Of a stretch of DNA of 64,000 bases, positions 27,059 through 44,930 are shown piece after piece (the stretch's first letter is position 1; every line of letters begins with the position of its first letter). This DNA is from the human T2T-CHM13v2.0 reference genome, Homo sapiens. A program made the position numbers and the translations under genes. The notes under the pieces were generated by a model, which saw only the letters and a program-made list of their open reading frames with translations, was not told the DNA's origin and did not search any database. Location of the stretch: NCBI RefSeq assembly GCF_009914755.1, contig NC_060930.1; one strand, 5' to 3'.

Positions 27059-27561
27059 TGGTGGTAAGCTAAATAGTGGCCCCCAAAATATACCCCTTTA
27101 TAACCCCTGTAACCTGTGAATATTATATGACATAATGGACTTTGCACATGTAATTAAATTAAGGATCTTGAGATGAGGGGATTATCCTAGATTATCTGGG
27201 TGGACCCCTAAATGCAATCCCAAGTGTCCTTATGAGTGGGGGCCAGAGAGAGAGATTGGACACAGGAGAAGGAGGCAATGTGACTACTGCAGCAAGATGC
27301 TACACTGCTGGCTTTGGAGGTGGAAGAGAAGGCCAAAAATGCAACGAACGTAGCTTTGGAAGCTGGAAAAGGCAAGGAAACTGTTTTCCCTTAGAACCTC
27401 TGGAGGAAGTGTGGCCCTGCCAACACACTGATTTTAGCCCAGTGAAACTAATTTTGAATTTCTGACCTCTAGAACTGTAAGAGAATAAATGTGTTTTGTT
27501 TTAAGTCGCTAAGTTTGTGGTAATGTGGTAATTTGTTACAGTGCAGTAGGAAACTAATACA
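27059..27561 (+). mobile_element. MLT1D-like MaLR solo LTR
   Basis: GGCCCCCAAAATAT…TTAAGGATCTTGAGATG…CTCTAGAACTGTAAGAGAATAAAT…GCAGTAGGAAACTAATACA. Confidence 0.8.
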
Positions 27562-27874
27562 GGGCTCATCTGCCTCCAGGTACAAGTGGTGGCTTGGCTG
27601 ATCCCTGTTCTTATTTTAAGGCGTCCCTCTCATGGCACAAGGAGAGCATAGGCCCAGCATTTTCCTGAACCAGTATTTGAAACAATCTGCACTTTGGGGG
27701 AACCTGTTGGGGAGTTCTTGGAAGCAAGAGAGAAAGCCTCATATGGTACCCGATCCTTGCTTTGGAACTCTCCCAGCACCTTCAGTGATATCATGAACAA
27801 AGAGTTCTTTCAGACCAGTGAGGATGTAGGATTATTAAAATCTGATTCTAATTCCATCTTCCCCTCTCCTCTTC

Positions 27875-28300
27875 CATTTATTCAATAAATGTTTATTGTG
27901 TACCTCCTATGTGCTAGGCACTGGGGATGAAGGGATAAACAAAGCAGATAAAAAATCTCCTGCTCTCGTGGTAACTGAGGTGGGGGAAGTGGAGGGAGCC
28001 AGAGTTAAGTCAACAGCATGTGAGATGGCTTCAGATGCTCTCTAGAAAACTAAGCAGAAAGGAGGGTAGTGGCAGTTCCACATAGAGGGCCGGGGAAGGT
28101 CTCACCACGAAGGTGACATTTAAGTGGAAAGAGGAGAGTGAACTATTGTGGGAAGAATCTCGCAGGCAGAGGGAAAGCAAGTTCCAAGGCCCTGCACTGG
28201 GACACAGCTGAGGTGTTCAACGCATAGCGAGGAGGCCAGCGTGGCTGGACAGAGGGAGGGAGGAGACCAGGAGATGAAGTTAGAGACGAGATTGGTGGCC
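27875..28300 (-). mobile_element. L2 fragment
   Basis: CATTTATTCAATAAATGTTTATTG…CCTCCTATGTGCTAGGCACT, the L2 3' end on the minus strand. Confidence 0.65.
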
Positions 28301-28799
28301 CTGAAGTGCCATAACAGCTTTTACTTTGCTTGGCATTTTGCCCCTTCTTTCTCCTCTCCTCCCCCTCACACCACCTCACGAGTTTTAGGCCCATGTTCCT
28401 CAGTTCCTTTCCATGGGATATTTATCCCATCATACTTAGGGACTACCAGCAGGCAAACATAGTCACTTAAAAATATTAGAAGAGGGGGAAAAAGCAGCCT
28501 CCTCTTTCTGAATGATGAAAGCAGTTCCATGGCAGTGTTGGCATGGCACTGTGTATCTAGCAGTGCAGGCTGGCCATTCACCGCGTAGTTCTGGGTGGTT
28601 TCTGAGAGGTTCCCCTCCATGGCCTTCTTCAGCCCATGAGGAAGTCCAACCCCCCTGGCCCGCTGTTTCTTTCCATTTCACCCCTCTTGGTCTCCCCAGT
28701 GGGACTCCCACAGCTGACTTCTATCCCCACCTGTGTCTAATCCCCTTTCCATGGCTGAGCCGGTAGATAACCTAGTAACGATCTGAGTAGAATATGGCT

Positions 28800-29010
28800 C
28801 CCACATGTTGAATGCATTGTGCTGATCACTACATATATCACTTTGATTCACACAACAACCCTGAGAGGTAGGAACCATTGTACCCCTTTTAGAGATGAGG
28901 ATACTGAGGCTCAGACTGGTTAGGAAAATTGCCTAAAGTTGCACAGCTAATGAATGGCAGAGCTGGGATTTGAACCCAAGTGATTAAAGCCCATGTCTTT
29001 GATCACTACA
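28800..29010 (-). mobile_element. MIR
   Basis: CAACAACCCTGAGAGGTAGG…TTTTAGAGATGAGGATACTGAGGCTCAGA…GGCAGAGCTGGGATTTGAACCCA. Confidence 0.75.
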
Positions 29011-30439
29011 TAGCAGGGCCTTCTAGGAAGGATGGCTGGCTGGATCTAGTTGTTCCAGTTTGGAAAGTACCTGCTTGACTGGCCAGACTGCTGTTGGCTT
29101 CAGAAAATAGCAGTCTCTTGTTGGTCACTGAGAAGAGGCAAAATTTTGGCAGGCCTTGGGGCCTCCTGCAGAGTCTCATTCCAGGTCAGTGGACAGAGGA
29201 GGCCCTGAGAATAGTCGTGCATACTGGCTCCCTGGATCTGCTCCAAGACAGTGAGCAGCCCCTAGAACCACAAGAGACTGGCCAGCCAAGCTGTGGGCCC
29301 GGCCTGTAGGGTGGAAGGAACTCTTAAGAGAAAAAAAAAATCTCTGCTGTGATTAATCAACAGCTTCAGTCTGGTGAAGTGAAAAGAGAAAAGTTGGCCC
29401 AGATGTGCACATAGGGAGAGAAATAAGGGAGGGAAATTGCCTTTATTCATGTTCTCCCTTAGGCCAGTCGTTACCCCACGGATGAGATCACCTTCCTTTT
29501 ACACCAGCCTGCAAGAGGTGTGTAGTGGTAGTCTCATTTTACAGACAAGGTGTAGGATCAGAGAGGTTAACTCGCCCAAGTCAAACAGCTAACAAGTGGT
29601 GGAATTGGAATTTGAGCCCTGTTCTTCTCAGTTCAGTAGCCCTGCTGTTCTTGCTGATGTCACCTCAGCATGGGCTCTCCAGGTATGTGCAAATAGTTAT
29701 GCAAGTGTTGCATCCACAGGCTTGTGAGCAGAGGCTGAAAGGGAGCCAGGGCTCTTGGTACTTGCCCTCTCAACATGGGCCCTGCCTAAGCTAGCAGGAC
29801 TCACTATACCCAAACCAGCAGTGGCATTATATTTTTCTCTTTTCTTGCACCTTGCCATCCCCGATTTATTTTTAGAGAGCCTTTTCTATTTCTGTTCCCA
29901 TTTCTTGGCTTGGATGCAGGGGCTGGGGTGCAGGGATGGCGCTAGAAATCAGAAGAGGCAGGCATAGATGGCATCTCACTGGTGGCCTTGGCTGGTCTCT
30001 GGGAACTGTGCCCATCTGCCTGCCCTGCTGGCTCCTCCTCAGGCCAGCTGTAGGCCCCAGGGATCATAGAGCTCGGGTAGCTAGAGGCTGGGAGGGCAGG
30101 CGAGACAGAGAAACAGCCACACTTCTCATTTCTTTGGCTTCTCAGAGGGGGATGAGCTTCCTCCTGGAACAGAGAAGGGAGTAGCTCACTGCCTGTTTCT
30201 CAGGGTTAGGTTACGGACTTCTAGGGAATATGGGGTAGTGCTTAAGAGCCAGACTCTGTGTGGCATGGGGGTGATAACTGTAGACCCTCCACCTCTGGGG
30301 ATTAAATGAGCTCATACATGTAAAGGCACAGAGGAGGCACTCACTGAATGATGATTGTTTCATTAGTGTCTTTAGACCCTCAGCACCCAGCACCATAGGT
30401 GGATGCCAGTCATTATTGGTTAGACCAAACAGAACTTCA

Positions 30440-30599
<160 letters not shown>

Positions 30600-32874
30600 A
30601 TAACTTTAATGTTATTTTTGTCGTCCTCTTCATCTGAACATTGGCCTGCGTAGGTATTAACCTGAGTCCAGTGATTGTTTGTGGAGCCCCACAGGGTACT
30701 TCCCAGTGACAGCAGCCTGGAGTGTGCTCCTGCCAGCCCCTGCCTGGGCCCTGGAAAAGGCAGGGCAGTGCAGCGAGGAATCTTCTGGCCTAAGGATGCC
30801 TGTAACCACCAAACCTTATGTTTAGTTTTACACCTTGCTGAGGGTCTGGCTTTTGGATATGAGCTCTGGAGTGGTAGGGGTCTGTGTCCCATGGGGACAG
30901 GTGGTTCTGGGTGTTGGGCACGAGGTGATGGAGGAAGGGCCTGCCACTTGCAAGCTGTTTATCTGACTAGTAATAAACAGTGGATGACACCTTTAGGAAA
31001 CTGTATTTGGGAGCTTTGAAATTAATCAGATGCCACCAATGGCATTTTTAATTTAGTTAAAAATGTTTTAGTTATATAAATAATGCTCATTCGTTATAGA
31101 TGATTAGAAAATACAGATAAGCACTGAGGAGAAAAAAGTAATATATTATCACACATAAGTGGCTGCTTTGATATATGATTTTTTTTTCTTACCTAGGTTC
31201 TTTTCAAATTGTGTATACCTAGTTATTTTTTCTGTCTTTCGAAATGGGATGCTGTTTAACATTTAGTTTTGTGACTTGCCTTTCCCATTTTTCAGGTGGT
31301 TTTGTGGTGTCTGCTTGTCCTCCGACCTCCTCTCCCATTTGTGGGAAAGGCATTTGGCCTGGAGGGAGGCACTTGGGAAGAACTGTCTGGTTGTTCCTTG
31401 ATGTTATTGCCAGACTTGCAGAGGGTAGAGAGGTGCATGAAGTCTTACTCTGCCTCTCCCCATCTGTGTCTCTCCCTGTCCCTGTCCAGCGCCCCATCTG
31501 CTCTGCCTACTCACCACTCCTGCCTTTTTTTTTTTTCCTTCCATACAAATCCAGAAAAGGATACCACCTCCAGTCTGAAGGTTTCTTTCTATGGCTTTTA
31601 GGGATGAATCTCTCAGGAGTTTAGAAAAAAAGATGCACAGACAGTATATAGGAAGGGTAATGCCAGGGCTGGGGGTGGGGGTCTTGGGAAGAGCAACTGA
31701 GAGGAGGGCCTGGGTCCCTGGTGCTGTCTTGAGTCAGTGAGAAGAAGCTGCGTGGGTGATGGGTTGGGGCGGGGTAGGCAGCAGGTGACTGCAGGGACCT
31801 CTCTGAAACAGCAAGCAAGCTGGCCAGGAAGACGCCTGGAGAATAAGGGGCCCAGATAGGGGCCAGACATAGGGGAGAAGAAAATGTGTCTCAGTGGCAC
31901 CTGCTCCTCCACCCTGGCCCCACTCTTTCCATGATCTTTCCAGAGATTCTCTCTTTTTCTGCCTGATCTGCTTCCCTCACCTGGCAGTGCCCAGCCCCAG
32001 TAGTTTGACACATCTGGTATATCTGGCTACTGTGCTCTACTGACACCTGTGTGGCAGCAGCTGCACAGCTTCTTGGCATCTCCCTGGGCAGTAGGCAGGG
32101 ATCCGAGCATAGAGGAAGATGTTCCATGCATCAGTAACTCAGATTCCGTTCCAGAAACGCATCTCAAAGCAAGGGAGAAAATTGAAGATGGGGTATTTTG
32201 TGGGGAACAAGCTATGCCTTCCTGTCACTTCTTACAGAATAAAATGGGGTCTCTGGCAGTAGGCAAGGAGAAGGCCTTTCTGAGCACTGAGGGTCAGTGG
32301 CTTCTCAGGTCTTTTCTGGGCCACTTTGGCCTGCACACAGGTTGGGCTAGGAATTCATGCTTAAAAGCAGGCTGATTTCCATAGGCTGTGCGTTCCTGTG
32401 GGCCTGCCTGGATCATATCTGTTCTGCTGTGATCCCAGGCCTGGTGAGACCCACTGGCTTCCTGTACGTCCCCTCAAAGCCTGCGCCACCGCCTCTCCCT
32501 TCACCACTCCCAAGCTATAATTAAGTTCCCATGTGAAACTGTATCCCTCAGCTGACACACGCTTGTAACTACAGCCCTGGCCATTGGACGGCTCATCTGG
32601 GGTGACTTCTGGGGCTGGTGCCTCAGCCTCCAGACGCTCTCCAGTAGGTCTGAGTAGGTGGTGTGGACCCACCAGGAAAGGGTGGATCCAGTGAGGCGGG
32701 GGCCAGGCCTTGCCCAAGAGTCAGAAAGTGGGAAGTCACGGGGGAGATGAAGGGCGAGTGAGCAGCTAGAAAGTGCCAGGGGACACAAAAATGGGGGAGA
32801 CAGGCAGCCTTTTGGGGCTGGAGGGCATGGACAGGGTGACTGATGCCTGAGCCACAGGCAGAATGTGAGCAGTT

Positions 32875-34868
<1,994 letters not shown>

Positions 34869-35495
34869 TGGATGTGCCATTCTCTTATTCATTGATGAAT
34901 GTGCAGGTGACTTCTAGTCTTTTTTGGCAATGAATAACCTTGTCATTTTACACACAGATAAACAGATTGACAATGCTTCTGTGTGATAGGTGCAGTAATG
35001 GAGATAGACACTGGGGAACTAGGGAAGGCTTCCAGAGGATAGTTAAGAAAGGCTCAGGGTGAGTGAGCGCTGGTATCTGAGTGGGCCTTGCAGGCCTGGC
35101 AGAATTTCAGCAGGCTGAGATGTTGTAGGAAGGGCAAATATGACTGAAGAAAAGAACAACAGCTCAGGTGTGACAGGGGAAATGAAGAGTATTAGTTATC
35201 TATTCCTGCATAACAAATTACCCCAAAACTTAGTAGCTTAAAACACTATCTCGCAGTTTCTATGGGTTAGGAGAGATTTACACAAATATGTGAATACCAG
35301 AAGGTGAGGATTGTTGCCAGCCATTTTAGAAGGCTGACTCTAATAGCAAGTTGCAGTAAGGATAGGATTGGCCAAGGCAACAGATGGAGCCATGATTGTG
35401 GACAATCTTACATACTTAGCTGAGAGGTTGTCAGAGATTGATCTGAGAACAGTGTGAGCCATGGAAGGTCTTTGAGCAGGAGAATAATGTGATAG

Positions 35496-35934
<439 letters not shown>

Positions 35935-36617
35935 TAAATACTTTAGCTGCATATTCTTTCTTCGAAATGACCACAAAAAGAAGGTATTACTGATTAATAT
36001 GCATATGGTCTTGCGTATGGCCAGACTTATGACTTGCGTATGGTCATAAAGGTAGTAAGTTGCAGAGCAGCACTCAGACCTGCCTGGCTTTGATGACCGT
36101 GCCTTGATGGCACTGGAAGTGGAAAGGTGGGGGTGACTGGGGAGGTGAGGTTTTGTCCGTTCCCTGGATGCTAAAAGGAAATGGAGGAGTGTAAGAGGTT
36201 GATTCTTTGAACCTGGATGGCTGGGGCAAAGATAACACTGTAACAGGAAGAAGAGAGGCCGGAGGGAACACTGATGTGATGGGAGAAGGTGAGTGATTTG
36301 GGAACATGGGGCATTTGTTGGCAGGGTCCTTCCCAATTATAGGGCGAGTATAAATAGTTCCTGTGCTTTGTGTATGAAGAGGTACCCTTGGCCCAAAAAG
36401 ACTCTAAATGTGGAAAAAGGATATGGTGGTGTGGTGGTGGTTTGAACATTGGGTTTGCGCAGATAGTGATGGTAACTGGCACTGGCCTGCGCTTCAGACT
36501 TTCACAGCCCGTTCACTTCTGTTGAAACTCACACAACCCTATTCAGGTTATCATCATTCCCTATCTGATTGATGAGGAAACTAAGGCTCAGAAAAATCCA
36601 TTTGCTCAAGGAGAAAC

Positions 36618-37046
36618 AGTGTTTCAGTTACCTACTGCTGTGTAACAAATCACCTGTGAAACTCAGTAGTTTAAAACAACCACCATTTATCCTTTCTCTT
36701 GATTGTGTGAATTGGGTCCAGATGCTTGGTTCTGCCCCACATGATGTCGGCCAAGCTTGCCCATTTGTCTGTGTTTAGCTGCACTGTAATGTCCAAGGCA
36801 GCTTCTCTTTGCATGGCCTCTAATCCTTCAAGAGTCTATCCTGAACTTCTTGCAGCATGGCATCTGGGGGCCAAGACAGTGGAAGCCAGTCGTGTTGAGG
36901 CCTGGGCTCACGTCCCAGAACATCACCTCAATCATGTTCTATTGGTCAGAGCTGTCACTGGGCCAGCCCAGATTCCAGGTTGGGAACTAGACGCCACCTC
37001 TTGATGGAAAGAGTGGCAAAAGGTTTGTAGCCATATTTAATCCACA
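36618..37046 (-). mobile_element. MLT1-type MaLR LTR
   Basis: CAGTTACCTACTGCTGTGTAACAAATCACC…TTCTATTGGTCAGAGC…GTAGCCATATTTAATCCACA. Confidence 0.65.
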
Positions 37047-37504
37047 GACAGCCGGTAGTGGATACCTGGATTTGAACCCAGATCTGTGTGACTCAGACTC
37101 ACAGTCTGTCATGCCATACTGCATCCCTTTCTGCTTCTGGTTCCTTGGGAGTTGCAAAGCTTGCTGGCTCTTTTGTGTGGTTGGAGAGGGCTGATTTTTC
37201 TTGTGGTCTCCCACAGTGGAAGTTGTACTAGTCATCCCCCTTTTCACAGATGAGCATCCAAGATCACTGTGTCTTAGGGAACCTTCCAAAATAGGTTTGC
37301 TCTAGGGATTTGCTAGCTTCCCCCAAGCTTCAGCAGTGATAGCCAGACATGCATGGAATTTCCCTGTGGAGTTTCCCTTTCTGCGCTTAGTGGCCTTTTG
37401 ATGCACAGTGCTCACTGGGTGGGATTCCTGCTGCATTGTAGCCAGATGTGGAGGCTAGCCCTATTTTGAGTTATCCCAGATGGTATCCAGCCCAGTGAGT
37501 CCCA

Positions 37505-37667
37505 TACTTGACTCAACTGGCATATTCACCAGGGAGTTTTGGGGAAAATGTAGATTCCTGGGCCTTCCTCATGCCTATTGAATTAGAATTCCCAGGGATG
37601 GCGTCCAGGAACCTGCCTTTAAAGCTCCCCATTGATTTGGGAGTACAGCCTGGTTGGGAAACCAATG
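37505..37667. mobile_element. MER5-like hAT MITE
   Basis: TCACCAGGGAG…AAAATGTAGATTCCTGGGCC…GAATTAGAAT…CAGCCTGGTTGGGAAACCAATG. Confidence 0.55.
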
Positions 37668-38369
37668 ACTTCCAGAGGCTGGCACCCTCCCTCAGCCCAG
37701 TCATTTCAGAAAGATGCCTTTGAAGTCACTGATCAGAGGAGGCCACATGGGAGAGAATGATTTGTCCAGAGGGCCTCACACTTCACAACCAGGAAGTGAC
37801 TCCTGAAAGTGTCCAGGAAGTTTCTATTTGAATCTGCTCAAATCTTTGATGTTGTTTTGCATGCTTTGATAGTATCTGAGCTTTATGGTGGCCTCTGGGT
37901 GTTTTTCTTTGAAAGTGTTTGCAGAGAGTAGCAAGCTCTTCCAGCAGTCAGCAGACACTCCCTAACCAGGAGCTACTTGGTCTGATTTATTTGAAATATG
38001 AAATTCCTTTGCTTGGCTGTCTGGTTGGTATCTTTGGTGTGAAGAATATGACAACCCTAGAGATACCTAGGTTAGCACAGCAGTTGGACCTTTCTAGTCT
38101 TGTGCCTTGGACATACTTAAGGTACACTTGGAAAAGTAGATTTTAAAACCCTGGATAATTTGGTTTGCCAGTTAAATAAACTTCTATATTTTAGAATATT
38201 TGGAAAATAAAGATAAATATAAGGAAGACCATAAAATTACCTAGAACTTTCCTCTCAGAGAATTTCCACGGTTAATGTTTTGAATGGCTATTCATCCTTC
38301 CCCTCATGACCCTTCACACCCCCTCTTTTTGAAAACCATATTGAAGTCATATTGAATGTTACTTTTTAG

Positions 38370-38680
38370 CAGTTTTGTTGAGATGTAAGTCATAAAGTCC
38401 ACCTGTTGACAGTGTGCAATTTGATGGTTTTTAGTATTTACAGAGTTGTACAACCATCACCACAATCTAGTTTTAGAACATTTTCTTAGTCCCAAAAAGA
38501 CATCTTATAATCCATTAGCGTGCATTCCCGCCTCGATGCCCCATCCCGCCCTTACTCCAGCCCAAGACTACCACTCATCTGCTTTCTCTACGTACAGATT
38601 TACCTGTTCTGGACATTTCATATAAATGGGATCATACAATATGTGATCTTTTGTGATTGGCTTCTGTCACTGGACATAAT
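38370..38680 (-). mobile_element. L1MB-like 3' fragment
   Basis: GAGTTGTACAACCATCACCACAATCTA…TTCTGGACATTTCATATAAATGGGATCATACAATATGTG. Confidence 0.7.
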
Positions 38681-41202
38681 CATGGTACTGTTTTGAAACC
38701 TGCTTTAAACATTTATATCCTAGCAATTTGAATATAGTTTTCAAGAATGCACTTTTAATAGCAGAGCGGTATTCATTCTTATGAGAATATCTAATCTTAT
38801 TTAATCAGTCCTGCCAACAGACGTTTAGGTTATTTCTCATCTTTTGCTCTTATAGCCAGTGCTCTCTGCACTCAGAAATTATTTTGTTGATTTATTGGTT
38901 AATTGTCCGAATCTGTGACTAGAACAAAAGCTCTTTGAGAACAGTCACCTTCTCTGTCTCCCCTACTACTTGGCATAGTTCCTGGCACTTGGTAGGTATT
39001 CAGTTTTTAAAGGATGTGTATGTGTGTATATGTGCAAATTTTGAATGAATCAAAATGTAAGGATATTAATAAATGTTGCCATATTGCCAAATTCTAGAAA
39101 GTTGTACTAATTTACCCTCTCACTGCAGTATAAGGGTACCTGACTCCCTGTTCCTTTGAATCTGGGTTAATTTGTACAGGAAGTCCTGTGATCTTTTGAA
39201 TGATGATATTCTCTGACCTGTCAACCAGTTAGTTTGGGAATTGATGCTGTCTGTGTCCTGACCCTGTCTGTGGGCCAGGAAGGGTCTGGCTGTTGGGAAA
39301 GATGGTGGTGTGTGGGAGCTCTAGCTGCCCGGGTCCTCATTGTGGCTCCGTGGTATTGTATCGTTTCCTGTTGCCCTTAGAAAGGCTGCATCGTGTTGTC
39401 TGGCCACTTCCTCTATTGTGTGCAGGCATGTTGGGGAGTGAGTAGAGTTGGGTGGATAAAGTATGTGTAAGAAGATACTGGTTATGGCTGCTGATTGGAG
39501 TGCCTTTTGAAGTCGTCAGGAGAGATGTCACTCTGGAAGTTCAGTGTCTTCAAAAATAGAAATGAAGAAATGCTTCCAGGAAGTCTGATGCAACTGGCCC
39601 AGTCTGCCCCCATCTGAGGGTGGTGGGCACCCACATGGCTGGTAAACGCTTCATGAGTCACCCACTGGCCACAGTCCCTGCTCCTCTCCACACACTTCCT
39701 GTCTGGAAAAGCCTGCTACCCGCCCATGGTGAAGAGTCACCCCAGAGAACTTGCCAGGGATGCAGGGCAGGTCTTCCCAGGTCACAGCAGCAGCCTCTCG
39801 CTCATGGGTTTCACAGCAGTTCTTCTCCCCAAGATGAGTTGTGGTAACTGCTTTTTAGATAAATATGTGGAATGGATGGTTGGGATTGGAAAAAAAAAGA
39901 GCGGCTAGATGGCAAGGCAGCTCTTGTGTGTAGCAGGGAGCTCACACGAGCCCCATGGTGGGGCAGTTAAGGCCCCAGAATTCACCTTCTCCAGCAGCTG
40001 GCTGCTCATTCTTTTCTTCTTCTCGTGGTTTTCCCATCACATTTCCCTTGGGGTTTCTTCCAGGCCTTCCCCTACTCACCCCACACCCTCTCAGAAGATG
40101 CTGCCTCATGTAACTTGGCCAAGCTCTCAAGCATTACAGATGCCTTTACCTTCTTTTCTTTGCATCTTAGAAATCACTCACATGTTGGTCTCTCTCACAT
40201 AATTGCTTTTTATTATTACTTCAGCGGTTGCCAAGTGCCTACTCTATGCCTAGTACCTTGTTAGACTCGGGAATGATGCAGAAGAAAGAGACTGGACCCT
40301 GCCCCCTAGGAGGGTAAATGTCTGTTCTCCCATGGCCTCTGTTTCCCTTCCTCTCTGACTGCGCCTTTGCTGCCCTGGTTCCTCTTCCTCTTTCCGCTGC
40401 CTGAGTGTCAACATTCTTCAGGCTTCTGCCCTCTCTCCTCTCCCTCCACGCGCTTGTCCCTTCCTGTGGCTGTGACCATCTGCTCTTATAGCTACCAAAT
40501 ACTAAAGTTCTTTTCTCCTGAAAACCAGGTCCCTGTGTCCACCTGCCTGCTGGAGTGTGCAGCCTTAAAAGCAGAGTCCATCTTTGTCTCTGCTCTTTGC
40601 ATATCCCCTTTCTGTTAATAATCCGTCATTCTCTCAGTTTCCCGGAGCCTTACTGACAGCTTTAAACCTCATTCCTCTGCCATGCACAGGTCGTTCCTCC
40701 CGTTCTTTTGAGTGTTTCTCCCCACTGATTTTCCTGCCTGTAGTGAGTTGGATGGTTGCCCCTCCAAAAGATATGTCCAAGTCCTAACCCCTAGAACCTG
40801 TGAACATGACCACCTTGTTTGGAAAAAAACTCATTGCAGAGATTCTTTCCTATGCTGCAGACGTACATGAACCTGTGCTCATTGACCTCCTCTCTGGGCC
40901 TGGCCTTGTTGGTCTCTGGCTTGAAATAGTGACTGTACTTCTAGTCCACACAGTGATTACATATTTATTACTCTGTTTGAGCTCCCCTAGTCCAAAGGCA
41001 AAGTTCACTGCCTGCCCTTTCCACTAACTCCTAGGTCAGACTTGCTAGGTTGTGTGCACAGCAGCTACAAGTGTGGTTTCTAAGGTGGGTCTGGGTTTGA
41101 ATCCTGGTTCTGTCATTTATTAGCCAAGGGCCTTTGACAGATTGTAACCTTTCTGGGCTTCAGTTTCCTCTTCTGGAAAATGGAGCTAATGGATTGTTGT
41201 GA

Positions 41203-41635
<433 letters not shown>

Positions 41636-41958
41636 TGAGTGTAAGAGCTGTGACTTAAATCCAGCCTACTTGTATGTCATTCTGCCACAGTTGTCTTTGT
41701 CTCTCCACAGTTTGTCCTGGAGCTGGGCATGGTGAGGGCTAAGACAATGGATTACAGAGCTACAGGTCTAGGAGGGCATGTGGAATTATGCCTATATGAG
41801 ATAGATGACAAAGTGGGTAAGAGCATGTGCTCTGGAGTTAGACCTGGGTTCAGATTCAGGCTCTATGACCCTATCTCAGTGACCTTGGGAAACTTTTCTT
41901 TGCATCTCTGGGTCTCAGTTTTCTCATCTGTAAATTGGGAATAACAATGGTTCATACC

Positions 41959-42346
41959 TGTCTTAGTCTGTGCTGCTATAACAAAATTCCTGAGATGGGT
42001 AATTTATAAACAAAAGAAACTGATTTCTCACAGTTCTGGAGGCTGGGAAGTTCAAGATCAAGGCATTGGCAGACTTGATGTCTGGTGAAGGCTGCTGTCC
42101 ACTTCCAAGATGGCACCTTGTTGCTGTGTCCTCCAGAGGGGATGAATGCTGTGTCCTTACATGGCAGAAGGGTGAAAGTGGCCCAGCTAGTTCCCTGGAG
42201 CCCTTTTATAAGAGCACTAATCCGTTCCTGAGGGCAGAGCCTTCATGACCTAAACACCTCCAAAGGCCACACCTCTTAATACCGTTGTATTGGGGATTAA
42301 GTTTCAACATGAATTTTGGAGGGTTCACAACATTCAAACCATAGCA
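41959..42346 (-). mobile_element. MSTD/MLT1A-type MaLR solo LTR inserted in a MIR
   Basis: TGTCTTAGTC…GCTGCTATAACAAAAT…CTCACAGTTCTGGAGGCTGGGAAG…CATTCAAACCATAGCA, with MIR core (CAGTTTTCTCATCTGTAAA) immediately 5'. Confidence 0.8.
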
Positions 42347-42723
42347 ATGTCTTATAGAGTAATCGGGATGATTAAATGAAAGAATGCCCATAAAACATTG
42401 AACACATGCCTGACTCTTTGTAAACAATAATTATTAGGTATCGCTATTATAGAGACCAGCTTCTGCTGTGGAGAGTGTTAAGTGCCTTGATGCCACAAGC
42501 CACTGGACACGCAGCTGCATGGATCAATGTACCCCTGTAATTATGTAACAAGGGGACATGGAGAAAAAAACATTTCCAATGTTGCCTCCTCTGTAACATG
42601 ATTGTACCCCTAAACTGCACAGAGGAGCTTTCTGTTCTTTGAACTCCATAGCTGTTGGTACGTCTCTTGTGGGGTTTGCCATAGTCTGTCTTATACTATG
42701 ACTGTTCTTCACTCTACGGTACA

Positions 42724-43047
42724 TTTCTTTCTTTCTTTGTTTCTTTCTTTCTTTTTTTTTTTTGAGACAAAGTCTCCTTGTGTCATCCAGGCTGGAGTGC
42801 AGTGGTGCAATCTCAGCTCACAGCAGCCCTGACCTCCCCAACTCAAGCAATCCTCACACCTCAGCTTCCCAAGATGCTGGGACTGCTGGCATGTGCCACC
42901 ACACCTGGCTAATTTTTTTTGTATTTTTTGTAGAAATGGGATTTCACCATGTTGCTCAGGCTGGTCTTGAACTTCTGGGCTCAAGCAGTCCACCCATCTC
43001 AGCCTACCAAAGTACTGGGATTGCAGTGTGAGCCACCACGCCTGGCC
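42724..43047 (-). mobile_element. AluJ-like
   Basis: Diverged reverse Alu. Confidence 0.9.
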
Positions 43048-43453
43048 TACTGTATGTTTCTTGAGGTCAAGATTGGGCACTGGGTAACTGATTACTTGAA
43101 TTGAACCTTGGGATTCAGCCAGTGAAAGTGGTCCACCTGGCAGTAGTGAACCTCTGGCTCCTGACCTCTGCTGCTGGTGAATCTGTTTCTCCTATGGCTG
43201 CACAGACACAGGGTTTCCTGCCTCCAAAGAGCTTTTCCACTCTGTACATGGGACCTGAACCGGCTCCAGAAACCTTGGAGCCTGGCACCACTTTTCACAT
43301 CACCCAGCAGGAGCAGAACTTAGATGGACCAGGCATAGATGGGAAACATGGGTTTATTGCTAAGGTCATGGTTAGTTCTCGGCGGTGGGGCGGGGGGGTT
43401 TAGTGGGCAATTGCTTTTTGGATTTTTGTTTTGTTTTAGAAGTAAAAAATATG

Positions 43454-43819
<366 letters not shown>

Positions 43820-44242
43820 TCACTGAGGGGTCTCCAGAGCTCCTAAAACTCAGCACTCCCCCAGTGATTCTTACATTTTCCTGCCAGACTTGCTCTTCTT
43901 CCCACAATCCCCACCTTAATGGAATCATCCACATCCCCCTGGTCACCTGACAGTTGCCCTCTATTTCTTTATTCTCCTCAGCCTCTTTTAATCAGCCACC
44001 AAGTCTTGTTTGTCCTTCCTCCCTAATGTCACTCCTGTTTTTTGCCGTGAGGTCTGATGGCACTAGTGCTGCCTGGGGTTGCTACTGCCTCATCTCTTCA
44101 ACCTTTTTGTGTCACGATGTTTAGGAGTTTCTTTCATAAACAGAATGTGGCTGGATTTAAATCAAATCTGACAATCTGTCTTAAGTAATTTATGTACATT
44201 TTTGGGATTTAACTTAACGTATTACTGTATTATATTTTTTAG

Positions 44243-44930
<688 letters not shown>

